Positions 11,943 through 23,767 of a stretch of DNA of 63,852 nucleotides are shown here, piece after piece. A program made the position numbers and the translations under genes. Source of the DNA: Rhynchobatus australiae. Its lineage: Eukaryota. Numbering within the stretch: the stretch's first letter is position 1; the number at the start of each line of letters is the position of its first letter. The stretch is from NCBI GenBank assembly GCA_034780895.1, contig JAUZTB010000074.1, positions 21,188,217 to 21,252,068 of the forward strand. Direction: 5' to 3'. Under the pieces are notes generated by a model that searched no databases, was not told the origin of the DNA, and was given only the letters and a program-made list of their open reading frames with translations.

Positions 11943-12843
11943 TGTCATGTGTAAATCAGCAAGTTTGTAATCAGTTTAAAATAGTGAAGTTATGCATTAA
12001 TTTATTAACTTTTTGTGATATGTGCACTAACATTGTATAAAAAACACTAGTGCGGTTAAGGTTAATTTGTTAAGTAGCTTAATTAAAGCTGGTTACTATT
12101 GTGATCTGTCATGTGACAGGAAGCACTTGTTACATAAGAAGTTGTTTTATCATGTGTATAAAAGGAGATTTTCCATAGATAAGGAGGACTTGTCACAATG
12201 TTGATCGAGAGCAAACTCACAGAGAACCCAAATGCAGCACACCAATACAAGACTGGAGTCAGGATNNNNNNNNNNNNNNNNNNNNNNNNNNNNNNNNNNN
12301 NNNNNNNNNNNNNNNNNNNNNNNNNNNNNNNNNNNNNNNNNNNNNNNNNNNNNNNNNNNNNNNNNTGTATCGTTATGCAATGAGTCCAACATGGAATCCA
12401 TGTGCTGGACAACAAGGCATTAAAGGAGACAAACTGAGGCCATAACTCAGAACCATGACAGGACTTCCCTTTGGACCGGGGTTGTCTGTGATGACAATAG
12501 TTTTAAAACTGAGAAAACACTCTTAAATTCAATGTTGCTGGGAGTCCCTGAAAGTAGATGTGAGAACACTCTTTTGTTTGGGAATAGTTTGTTTCTTTGA
12601 TTACTTGAGCAGACTTTCCTGTTAAGCCATTGTCATGAGAGGTGTCAAGAGCTATTGAAGACTCCAATGTTTGCCGTTGCCAGGGGTCTCCACAAGCAGA
12701 AGGGCTATGAGAGTTGTGTTTACCTTAGTACAGAAAACTCTTTCCCCCATGTTAATAATTGCTTAATAAAACAATTTTTGAACACGTTGAGAGGATCGGA
12801 ACCATATTATAATACACCAGCGTTTTGCAAAACTCTTCCCTCA
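11943..12843 (+). repeat. Solo-LTR-like insertion in gag
   Basis: TGTCA start, TATAAAA 12157, AATAAA 12765, ...CCTCA end; gag frame roughly rejoins across it (QKLVVL/HREAG); TSD unclear. Confidence 0.6.
12191..12460. repeat. Solo LTR nested in the above, 5-bp TSD GGACT
   Basis: GGACT|TGTCA...TGACA|GGACT. Confidence 0.85.
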
Positions 12844-13369
12844 GCACAACCAATTTCTGTAATGTGTGAGCCTCTGTCATGCCTAGTTCTCTCAGATCAA
12901 GTGCTGACATAGCTGCATTAACAATAGTGTCTGTGAAAGCAAAGAGGCCACCTAATCAACTGCAGAGGTTGTCTCCAGTCAATTAATGTTGGTCCAATGC
13001 TTCTCCTTGAAATTTCAATGTCAATAGGCTGTAATCTATTTACAAATGCTTCTGAGTGTTCCTCCTTCTGATGTTTATTTTGTACCATAGTTTTAAACCG
13101 ATCACCTGTCCAGTGTGCACAAGCAAACCTAACATATCGCTCAGTTACCTTGGGCTGGGTACACTCTGTTGCGGGGTAATCCAGCTAACACTGCCCCATC
13201 AGAACTGAAAAGCAGCCTCATTGAAATCCAGCATTTTAGTGATCTTTTTGGAATGCAAATGGTGACCTTCCACATCTCCTCCCTGTGCAAGGGCTCCCAG
13301 ATCTCTGGCAGTTTCCTTTAATTGTGAAGGATTATAAATGTCACCGTAAGTTAACACCACTTGTTCTCA

Positions 13370-13899
13370 CCGATCTAAGGGAGTTCCTTTTAAGCTTTCT
13401 CTCTGGCTTTATCCATCATTTGCACAAAACACACTCTTTCTTTTGAGCCCCTGTCATAGCATAAATCACACCTGTCTCTGTAACTTCCACTACAGCCATT
13501 CAATCTCTCCCTCACGCACCTTGATGGAGAAAAATTTGAGTTTACCAGCAATCTAAGACTCATTAATGGGTATTTCCCCGGATATTCGCACATGCAGACA
13601 CCTGTTGAGGACAGACACCAGATTCATCTTGCTGTTTTTGCGATGAATTGTTACTTTGGTGTCATTGTCACATTGTAGGGTTCCAGAAGAAAAGCCTGTG
13701 CTTGCATAAACAAATACTTTAGGGTTTCCAGCTTTCAGCCTGCTTGAAAAATTCAGACTGACACTGAATTACCCAGAATATCTAGGTGGAAGAACTGCAT
13801 TCATATTTTTGTTTTATTGATCAGTTTTTCGTTCACCATGAGCTGAAGGAGCTGACAAAATCCCACTGAAGGGACCACATATAGTAGCCTAACAAACAT
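13370..13899 (-). pseudogene. Leader ORF remnant 'orfX1' upstream of gag (unknown, glycoprotein-like)
   Basis: MFVRLLYVVPSVGFCQLLQLMVNEKLINK...LNFSSRLKAG...LQCDNDTKVTIHR...RISGE...KLKFFSIK; hydrophobic N-terminus, NxS/T sequons; paralogous to 1910-2630. Confidence 0.45.
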
Positions 13900-14159
13900 G
13901 AGAATCCCATTCCTTTTTAACAGTTTCTGCACAATATACATTCATGTTACAAATGGAATGCTAAGAACTTAACAACTGCTCATTCTGTTTTTGCATTCTC
14001 AAGCAATCCTGTCACCAGTAAAAGAGTTTCGTGCCTGAGTATAATCCACTGCAGAACATAAAGTGGATTAAGATCACACTCCATACTTGACCCTTCTATC
14101 TGTTAATTTAAATGGACAGAAAACTCGGCAGATTCTTTAGTGCCACATGATCCTCTGCT

Positions 14160-14181
14160 CAGTCTTCATGGGTCACACCCA
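14160..14181 (-). promoter_or_regulatory. Degenerate primer-binding site, possibly tRNA-Arg
   Basis: TGGGTGTGACCCATGAAGAC versus tRNA-Arg PBS TGGCGACCACGAAGGGAC; differences include CpG-type decay and indels. Confidence 0.3.
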
Positions 14182-14191
14182 AATAATCCAA

Positions 14192-14400
14192 TGTAGCTGG
14201 ATGCAGAAACAAGACAATCTCCCCCGAGTAATCGAAGGAAAAAAAGACGCTAAAGCCAGATCACTTCACAGGGGGTAAGCTTCCAACTGATAATTTTGAT
14301 TATGGCCTACTCTCATCTCGAAAAACAACCCTAGTTGTAATGAAACTGTCTGTCAGCTTTTACAATGAGTTTAAGCATGAGTTTAAGCAGGGTCAAAGTG
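14192..14400 (-). repeat. Candidate 5' LTR (R/U5 end) of the ERV
   Basis: Minus strand has a degenerate polyA signal and T-rich U5, ends ...CATCCAGCTACA and is followed by a PBS-like sequence; 12-bp tandem ATGAGTTTAAGC x2 near 14365-14388; upstream boundary unclear. Confidence 0.5.
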
Positions 14401-14624
14401 TTATGGAAACAGCAGTTCAGGTCATCATTAAGTGGCCAAATTAATTAAACTTATTCACTTTAAATTACAGAGTGGCTATCAGCATAGTCATTAATGGGCT
14501 GCATAAGTCAGCAATCCCAATTAAAAGATAGCAGTGGGCACTTTGTCCTATTGCACTTTCCATCATACCCAGAGAGAGAAAAGAATGAACTGGAGAAGAA
14601 TCCAGCAAATTCACTCAACTAAAA

Positions 14625-15073
14625 TGGAGATACAAGAGAAGATGTTGGAATCGGAAGCAAAAGAAATCTGCTGGAGGAACTCAGCGGATCAGGCAGCATC
14701 TGAGTAGGCAAAAGTATGGGCGACATTTCATGTTGAGACCCTGCATCAGGACGAAGAGTGTAGAGGGAAGATAGTATAAATAAAGTGAAAGGGGGGATGC
14801 CTAATTATATTTTCCTCATCTGTTTCCATCTATCACCCATCAGCCTCTTTCTCTAAACTACCCCTCCCCCACCTGACACCATCTGCCCATCATCCCCCAC
14901 CTCACCTGGTTCCACCTATCACCTACCTGCCCCTGCTTCACCCCTCCCTCTCATCTCTTTGTACTGCTTATCTTCCCCCTTTACATCAGCTATCCCTTTG
15001 CCTCCACGGATACTGCTTAATGGGCACGGATACTGCTTAATGGGCTAAGTTCCTCTAGCAGTTTGTTTTTTTG
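14625..15073. mobile_element. Penelope-derived inverted-repeat element
   Basis: CTGGAGGAACTCAGCGGATCAGGCAGCATC arm and its reverse complement; TSD CACTCAACT(A/G)AAA at 14612-14624 and 15074-15086. Confidence 0.75.
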
Positions 15074-15159
15074 CACTCAACTGAAAGGTCGCCAAGGAGA
15101 AAGTTGCCATTCCGTTTTAAAGCATTGCTTTACAATTGAATGGCAACTCAAAACATAAT

Positions 15160-15622
15160 GTAAGAAGCTGCAGAGAGCAGTGGACTCGGCCTAATACGTC
15201 ACGGGCACATCCCTCCCCACCATCGGGAGTATCTACAGGAGGCAACATCCATCATCAAAGATCCCCACCATCGGGGCCATGCCATCTTCTCGCAGCTGCC
15301 ATCGGGCAGGAGGTTCAGAATCCTGAAGTCCCACACCACCAGGTTCAGGAACAGCTACTTCCCTTCAACCATTTAGTCCCTGAACCAACTGGCACAGCCC
15401 AAATCACTACAGTTTAGCAACACCATTACCACTTTGATCACATTGCACTAATTTTTTTTGTTCTAACTGTGTTCATTCTTGTAAAAATTGTGTATAATTG
15501 ATGTTTTTCTTGTGAATGTTGCTTATGTTATGCTACTTGCCCGTGATGCTGCTGCAAGTAAGTTTTTAATTGCACCAGTGCAGACATGTACTTGTGCATA
15601 TGACAATAAACTCAACTTTGAC
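15160..15622 (+). mobile_element. Rex1/Babar LINE 3' fragment
   Basis: Similar to 4700-4960 (KLQR..DS, DPHH.GH, RFRNS.FPS); AATAAA tail. Confidence 0.8.
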
Positions 15623-16269
15623 ATACTAATCCATTACACCACTCTATATTTAAATGAGATCATTGCATGTAGGTGTACCTAAAAATTACAGTGCTAACTA
15701 ATTTTCCAGTGGTACACCAGGATCACTGTTGTTCCTATGCTTCACTGAGGGCATATGCAACAGAATGGAAAAGGTTGGTGTAAATAAATGTAACATACAG
15801 TCCGTTGAGTGTGACTGGTCAGTCTGTAATGCCATCTTTCCCTATGGCACTCCACTGGCATATGTTATCACGATAAGATACCGAACACACAACAGAATCT
15901 CCAACAGTACCACGCGCTCAGCTGTTCATGGTTTGTGCAGAAAGGATCCGCTTTGGAGCTTACCCGAGCTTGTGTACTTCAGCAACTGCTGGCATTCCAC
16001 AATCACAGCATAATCCATCACTCACTCCCCTATCTACCCCCACACAAACATTAGCCAATCATCGAATGAACTACCAAAGCAAGCTGCACTTGGCTCAGAG
16101 GGGGAGCAAAAATATCCAAGTATTAACAGCTATCTAACACCGTATGAGAGCATCCTTTGCACAAGAACTGTAGACACAAGTTTGCTTACCACTATCTGCA
16201 GTCTGTAGACTGCAGAATAGCACCATCATTGTAAAACCACCAAGAATGAATAATAAATACCCACCTCAC

Positions 16270-16364
16270 CAATATCTCAGGAATAAAGCAACACAAGCCT
16301 GAAGCCTGCAGCCTCCTTCTAGGTTTGGAAGGTTGCATCTGATGGATATCAACATGAACAGACC
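16270..16364 (-). CDS. Host exon, 5' end in gap (GLFMLISIRCNLPNLEGGCRLQACVALFLRY-W)
   Basis: Open frame ends TAT TG|GTGAGG (phase 2) and completes Trp with exon 828-862; acceptor lies in the N-gap 16365-16464. Confidence 0.7.
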
Positions 16365-16508
16365 NNNNNNNNNNNNNNNNNNNNNNNNNNNNNNNNNNNN
16401 NNNNNNNNNNNNNNNNNNNNNNNNNNNNNNNNNNNNNNNNNNNNNNNNNNNNNNNNNNNNNNNNTCCCTTGGCCATGGGGAAACGCAAGTTTAAGTTTCA
16501 AAAATTAC

Positions 16509-16602
16509 CTGCTTGGGCCAATTCTCTTCCATCAGGAGGACTGGACTGACACCATTGTTCCAACTTCTGAGCAAAGTTTCAATAACTTCCTCAGGATCCA
16601 GC
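16509..16602 (-). CDS. 94-nt host exon ((R)LDPEEVIETLLRSWNNGVSPVLLMEENWPKQ)
   Basis: ...AAATGCAG| acceptor, CAG|GTAATT donor, open frame, phase 2 to 0. Confidence 0.75.
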
Positions 16603-17637
16603 CTGCATTTTTAGAGAAATACCCATCCCCATCCAGCGTCTCAGTCTACAACCAAATCTGCTCCTCTTCAACTGTGGCCACCTATGAAATACTCACATAT
16701 CCATGGCCTCTGTGTGTTAGCAAATCTATGTACATCAATATCTCTTTTTCAGAATAATCTCAGGGTGTTAAAAGCAGCTAAATCAATTTGTATAAACTTT
16801 ATAGAAGACTTTGGAAAAGGGATTTAGAATTTGCAAGATCTGTTTCAAACTATCTTCTGCAACCAGTGTTCCCCCAGATCATAGGTCACATGGGTGACTG
16901 TGCCAAACCATCGGTATGGAAGTCTTAGTTCATCTTATTACCAAACAGAATGTCAATATTGATTATACATTAGTAAATTATAATGCTTTTAGTAAAAAGT
17001 GATAAAACATTTCATTATAGATATATTTGCACCGACTTGCTTATAGATAGCAAATGAATTGAGACATGGCAGTAAATTCTAGTGTTATTTTTCATAAACA
17101 CTGTCATTTTTAAAATTGCTGAAAGCTTATTATTTTTCCCAAGAAACTGCATCCTATATTTCTTTTGTCCACTAAAGTTCTTTCACACATTTCACTTGTA
17201 TAGTCAAATAGTCTACTCCTGAAGAATAGCTTGACAAAGAGTACACTGGATTTCACCATGAGAAACTTATAGCACACAATGATGGCCTCAAGTGTAAAGC
17301 TCGAGAATTCATTGTCCAAAACCACTTCCCTTGCTTCAGTGGGTGGATGGATTCTGAAATTTATTAACAAATTTAATTGTAAAAAAAGTATGTTCAAAAT
17401 CTGAACATAAAGTATCCATGATAATAATGTCCAAGGCATGAAGATCACTTGACAGAATGGTACATGTTTTAAAATAAGAAGCAATTTGAAAAATACCAAT
17501 TTGATAAAAATATTTTAAGGGAAAAGGTATATTTTATATTTGCACATGGATTCATAGCATTAAGGAAAACTGGACTGGAAGATCACAATTCATTAGTTTC
17601 GTCTGCAGTTGAAAACACATAGCTTTGAAAAGCATAC

Positions 17638-17728
17638 CTTTCTCTTGAGTCAAAAAGCCATCTCTCCAGCAGTTCTGTCACATCAGTCCAGCACTTGGAG
17701 ATACAACAGATGCATCTGACATACCACT
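17638..17728 (-). CDS. Host exon ((E)WYVRCICCISKCWTDVTELLERWLFDSRE-R)
   Basis: CTCTCCTGACTAG| acceptor (an internal CTCCAAG acceptor is also possible), AAG|GTATGC donor; phase 2 end matches exon 16509-16602. Confidence 0.65.
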
Positions 17729-20438
17729 CTAGTCAGGAGAGATAGCTTCTTAATAATTAGGCTTGGTCACATTAATCTCCTGCTTTCTGATATGATATTC
17801 ATCAGGAAGATTTTTGACGCAGCACTGAGACTCACGGTAACACAGTAACCAAGAGGAGATATTATTTTCCATTTCTGTGGCCATTTCTTATTAAATGTTC
17901 CCAATTTGGATTCAGAGGACAACGAATTCCCATTCCCATTTCTAACATTCAGTATTAGTCTGAAAGTCAAACCAAACGAAAAGATAATTGTTACACATTC
18001 TTGTGAGAACTTTAAATGCAGTACTCCGAGGTACAGATTGAATAGCCTTATTCACAGTGTAAGAAGCACATCTCTGAATCTCAGCTCTTCAGACTTTTGT
18101 GCTGCAGAATTTTCATTTTGGGATTCAAACATTTCCCTTAAAGCTGGATCATTCAATGTAAACTTTATTGAGTTATGGGCCTTCTACATCTACCATCAGT
18201 TTCACCAATGTGAATAAACAAATGTATTAAAATACTAGCTTAAAACTTTTTTCTTATATTTTGGTAAAGAATACATTGGGAGAATTTAAGGCATCTTGAA
18301 TTTTCTGTGCCGTGTGAAACAACTTGTTTACACGAGTCAATAAGAATGAATGAACAAGGGTCACAACTGACTTCCCATTTGCTTGTCTTTTCCCTCTTTC
18401 TTTCAGAGAAATAATTGACTCTGCTCAAAACAGCGCAATAGAGCTTGGGAGCTCAGCAACTGATGACCAACATCCCCACTACTCTAATATGCCCCATTTT
18501 GTTACCAATAGACATTTTAAATATTCAATCGCACTGTTCTGTTTCTTACAGAATTGTTCACATTTTGTTTCCTGAAGTGAAATGCAACCCATACAAGTGG
18601 AAATGTGATTTGACGATGAGGTAAAAAAAAGATCTAGGACTTTGGTGAATGAATTGCGAACAGTTTAGTTAACCAATGCGATTTAAGACAGAGGAAGAAA
18701 AAGACTTTAACCTGAAACATTAACTGCTTTCTCTGATCTCTCTTTCCACAGATAACAACTGACCTGCTGAATGTTACCAACAGTTTCTGTTTTCATTTCA
18801 GATCTCCAGCATCTGCCATTTTTAAAAACTTTTATTTCGAAACAAGAACCTGGAAAGTGGGCTGAATTTGGCCAATTGTACATCAGTGGAATAATTTCAC
18901 AATAAAACGGAAAGTACTAAAAACAAAGGCAGTAATTTTCACTTAAAATCAATGTCCTCCTAAATTCCAAAAAAAAATCATTTTGTCTGATAGGTTACGT
19001 GCATCATTTTCATAGCAACAATGCCATTGCATTATTGATATGTAACAGCCCATTTTCTTGGAGCTGCACAATTTGTTGCATGCCCCTCTAGTTCATTTTC
19101 ATTTCCATATTTTTGCAGCAATTGAAAATGCAATTTAACAATGAGGGCAATGGGGATCTAGGACTCTTCATCCATTCTTTCTCTCTCTGTTTTTCTTTCA
19201 CTGCCTCTCTGCTTTATTTTCTTTGGCTTTCCCGTTCTTAAANNNNNNNNNNNNNNNNNNNNNNNNNNNNNNNNNNNNNNNNNNNNNNNNNNNNNNNNNN
19301 NNNNNNNNNNNNNNNNNNNNNNNNNNNNNNNNNNNNNNNNNNNNNNNNNNNNNNNNNNNNNNNNNNNNNNNNNNNNNNNNNNNNNNNNNNNNNNNNNNNN
19401 NNNNNNNNNNNNNNNNNNNNNNNNNNNNNNNNNNNNNNCCTGTTCAATCTTTCCCTGTAACTCAACTCCTGAAGACCCGGCAACATTCTAGTAAATCTCT
19501 TCTGCACTCTTTCAAACTTACTGACATCCTTCCTATCCATGCAGGGTTTTGATCCGAAGCGTTGACAATTCATTTCCCCACACAGATGCTGTTCGACCTG
19601 CTGAGTTCTTCCAGCAGATTGTTACTTAATATAGGAACATAAATCTGGTCATTATAAGGGCCTGCGTGTCATTAAGTACCAACCAAACTTTCTGAAGTGA
19701 CTTCAATTCACTTTAAGGTCATAAATGTGGGAATACTTGAAGACTGGAGAGGGTAAGGTGAAGCTGCTGATTTTGTGGCGCTAAGAGAGGAGCAATGGAA
19801 GTCATCCAACAATGAGAAACTCACAACTCACAGCATTTCTTTTCCTCAACTCAAACCATTGATTATGTACATTTAACTTGACATTATTCACCCAGAAATT
19901 TTGCAGCCAGTAGATTCATGAAACAAAGTAATTCAAATCATTGCTCAGTTTGATTAAAGACATTCATTTTCAGACTATGTGCTTCAAAGGAATCTGACAC
20001 CTGCACCTTAATTAAGCACACAAAGTAGCTAAAAAATCCAGTTGATGGCAAGTGGATAATAGAATCTAAGAGCTTTGGCCTGTTCAGTGGTGAGAGTGTC
20101 TGCTGCTGACCCCAGTTCAGAGCAGATGTGAACTATTGATTTTTCAATAGTTTCCAGTTGATGATTCAAAGTCATATTTTGTCTAAAAATTTGAATTAAG
20201 CTAGGTGAAAAGCCGTGCAGATGGAAATTTAGTGCTAAAAATGAATTAACGTGTAATTTGACTTAAATAACATTACATCAAGAATAGAGTGTATCCACAA
20301 AGGAAGGAGGACATGCTCATTCTCAAGATCAAAAGAGGTTGAGCAGTTCATATATGAATAACTGCTACCAGGTTTCCCACTGTGTAGGACATTTTTTGCA
20401 TGAATGATTTGTGCAATTCAGTACTGAGATGCTGAGGC

Positions 20439-20795
20439 AGGCTCAGTGGCGTATCTAGTAGAGCAGCTGCCTCGCAGCTCTAAGTGACCCAGGTTCAATC
20501 CTAACCTCCAGTGTTGTCTGCATGGAGGTTGCATGTTCTCCCTGTGACCATGTGGGTTTCCTACTGGTGCTGCAGTTCCCTCCCACATCCCAAAGATGTG
20601 TGGGTTGGTAGATTAATTGGCCACTGTAAATTGCTCTGAGTGTGTAGATGAGTGGGAGACTGGTAGAATCCAGAGGGAGTTGATGAAAATACGAGGGTTA
20701 GGGTAGGATTAATATAAAATTAGATGTTTGATTGCCAGCATGCTCTCAGTGAGGCAAACAGCCTGTTTCCATTCTGTATTGCTCAATGACTCTAT
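20439..20795 (+). mobile_element. HE1-like V-SINE
   Basis: tRNA-like head with B box GGTTCAATCC, V-domain GCATGTTCTCCCTGTGACC...CCCACATCCCAAAGA, CR1-like GACTCTAT tail. Confidence 0.85.
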
Positions 20796-21774
20796 AAAAC
20801 AAACATCTGTGCCTAGAATTTCCAGTGCATTCTAAAGGGTGTGATGGAGTGGAGTTCATTATTAGGGCAGTAATCCTTTCAGTCAATGTCCCAGCACAAA
20901 GNNNNNNNNNNNNNNNNNNNAGTAGGGGGAGGCTGATAATGTAACCAAGGTATTTACCTGCACCTCTCCCAATTTACACTGTGGGATAATCACCACTCGT
21001 AACTTGCTTCTCTTTTTTTGTAAAGTACAGGAGTAGCAAAAGTCAATGACCTTAAATGTCAACTTGTTTTCTCTCTCCACAATGTTCCTGAGAGTGTCCA
21101 GCATTTTGTCTTTTATTTCAGATTTTGCCTTTAGGGAAAGGGAAAGGAAGGCTCAGTTGAAGGCCGTCTGACAGAGGCTCTGGGGATGGTCAACAGTACA
21201 AGAGCAGAGAAAGCTGAGCCAGAGGTCCCCAGGAGTAAACACCTCATGGCTCTAATCAGAAAAATACCTCACTTCGCAGCAAGATGTTAACGTAGCCAAT
21301 GTTTTATTCTCCCAGTTTTATGCTCGATAGGTACATCCACATTGCCACATTCTCTAACTGGTGTGCAGTAACCTGCTGGATATTCTGTTCTTGTCAGTCT
21401 TCTAAGACACAATGCAATTTATGCAGGAATGAGAATCTAAGACTATTTTATGATGAAGCAAAAGTGACAGAATAAATGCAACCTCTTGTTGAGAGCTACT
21501 GAGAAATATGATTTCAAACAAGACTGAAATTGATTGCTGGTATGTGGTGGAAAATGAATGGCCATTTTACTCTGAATGCCAATACAATGGAAGCCAATAG
21601 AAAGATCAACTGATAAATACACCATGCAAGGGAAGGAACTTGGTCACTGGTTCGTTTCCCAGTTGAATACAATGAAGCTAATTCTGTTAACAGATTGTGA
21701 TGGGGATATTAAAATGTGGATCCATCTTCCATTGCAAGAATGGAAGTAAACAGCCATTACTGACTGTAATGACA

Positions 21775-22075
21775 CAGACAGATGCCATTCGGCCCAATCA
21801 GTCTTATGCCAGTTCCTGGCAACCAATCCCATTAGTCCCATTCTGACTATTTCCCTAAACCCCTGCAACCTATTCCATCTCAGACATACTCATCAACTCC
21901 TTTTTTGATTCTTTATACCATTAACCTACACTGAAGGGTGACTTACAGTAGGCAATTAACCAACGAGCATGTCTTTGGAAACTCAGAAGAACTCTGCACA
22001 GACGGCACCCGATATCAGTGTTGAATTTGAGTCCGCGGAGCTGTCGGCAGCAGCATTAACTGCTGCACCACCATG
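21775..22075 (-). mobile_element. Degenerate HE1-like V-SINE
   Basis: Reverse-complement similarity to 20439-20795. Confidence 0.65.
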
Positions 22076-22467
22076 ACCGGGGTGTTTTCTTGGAAACCGA
22101 AATTTCTAACAGTGGCACAAGGGAAGGCATGGTGTTCACTGGATGCTCTGCATGGCTGCAGAACTGCTCTACACTAATCCCCTTTGCCCTCTATTAAAAG
22201 CTGATTACTAGTGGCTCGAGATGTGCTGGGCTGTGCTTTCCCAGGAATGATGGAGGATTTGTGTAGCTGTTTCCAGAACGCTGGCAGCTTGAAAATAGTG
22301 AGACCCTACTCTGGTCATTGCAAGCAGGTGGAATTTACACATGTGGGACAGGTCCTTATACCATTCAGGGTGTCAGCTCCACCAAGAACTGAGACATTAT
22401 CAACATGGAATGGATCCATTTTCCTTAAGCCTTGAGAAGTAGGCTCTCTCCAATAACTCTGCCAGTG

Positions 22468-23073
22468 TCACAGAGCCATACAGCATGGAAACAGGCCCTT
22501 CAGCCCAAGGGGTCCATGCTAACCAAGATTCCCATCTAAGCCAGTCCCATTTGTCCGCATTTGGCCCATATCCCTCTAATCCTTTCCCATCCATGTACCT
22601 GTGTAAAAGTCTTTTAAATGTTGTTAATATTCATGCCCCAACCACTTCCTTTGGCAGCTCATTCTATATATGCACCACCCTCTGGGTGAAAAGGTTACCC
22701 CTCAGGTTCCTATTAAATCTCTCCACTCTCACCCTAAACCTATGTCCTCCTTGATTCCTCAACCCTGGGAAAAAAAACTGTGTGCATCCACCTTATCTGT
22801 GCCCCTCATGATTTTTATACACCTCTATAATATCATCCCTCATTCTCCTACACTCCAATGAATGAAATCCCAACCTGCTCAACCTCTCTCCATAACTCAG
22901 TCCCTTGAGTCCCTGCAATGTCCTCGTAAACCTCCTCTGCACTCTTTCTAGTTTAATAGCATCTTTCCTGTAGCAGGGTAACCAAAACTGAACACAATAT
23001 TCCCAATGAGGCTTCACCAACATCTTTTACAACTGCAACATAATATCCCAGCTTCTATACTCAATGCTCTGAC
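22468..23073 (-). mobile_element. CR1 LINE 3' fragment
   Basis: LVKPHWEYCVQFWLPCYRKDAIKLERVQRRFTR; CR1 3' UTR. Confidence 0.9.
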
Positions 23074-23254
23074 TCTGGTAGAACATCTCAATGTCAGAAC
23101 TCACCAACAAACATTAAGACCTTGCTTGGCTGGCAGTGGGAGGGGCACTCCTTGTCAGATCCTCACTGCATAGTCGGTATTTCATCTCAATGCCCAGCTG
23201 AGATACAGACAGGAGAGGTCCACCTCTTGGTGGATTATTAGCTTGTCAAGAATG

Positions 23255-23760
23255 TCTGGAAAAGGATTCAATTGTGCTTGTGGAGGTTCATCCCAAGCAG
23301 CTGCATTACAGAGGAATCTGTTATCTCAGGACTGGAGCCATGGATGCATACCCAGACAAGTATCAACTGCTGCTGGAAGATCAACTCAGTGAAAGAAGCA
23401 CTTTGGTCTCCCCAAAACTTGTTGATCTTCCACTGTAATGAGGTTTCCATGAGTGGATGCTGCCAAATGGCACATTGCAAGGCGCAAGAGTAGATGCTGA
23501 GGGACATATCGAAGCCTGGTGCAGCCGCTGCGAAGGCTTTGAGAGTAAGGACCAGAGTCTTGTTGGACACTGTGGGGCTGGGTCTTGTGTAGCAGCCTCT
23601 CAAACACTTCATGTGCGTGTTGTTTAAATAGGAGACCTGAATGGTGTTGCTGCTTTGTAAGAGGACGTACTGGTTTGATGGTGTGATGAGTGCATTGAAT
23701 TGACGGCACAATGAATGTAAAGAAAGACATGTATTGATTGTATTGTATTTCCTGTAAATA
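23255..23760 (+). mobile_element. L1/Tx1-clade LINE 3' fragment
   Basis: CCWKINSVKEALWS..NLLIFH...CCQMAH.K.QE...LRD...GAAAAKA, typical of Tx1 ORF2 C-termini. Confidence 0.7.
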
Positions 23761-23767
23761 CGTTAGT

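Larger units (their letters stand above)
11555..13365 (-). pseudogene. gag: gag remnant, interrupted by LTR insertion 11943-12843
   Basis: YNPSQLKETARDLGALAQGGDVEGH; MHR-like HQKEEHSEAFVNRLQPI (~13030-13080); degenerate knuckle GKFSPLAQDC (~11716-11745); ends CAA-TGA. Confidence 0.7.
1910..14400 (-). mobile_element. Decayed endogenous retrovirus, lokiretrovirus-like (gag-pro-pol-env), with nested insertions
   Basis: Collinear remnants of CA, protease, RT, tether, RNase H, integrase and a TM glycoprotein on the minus strand, with many stops and frameshifts. Retroelement identity is secure; the Loki assignment rests on motif recall. Confidence 0.88.

Noticed and set aside
20439-20510. tRNA-like A/B boxes
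   Set aside because: These are SINE heads, not tRNA genes
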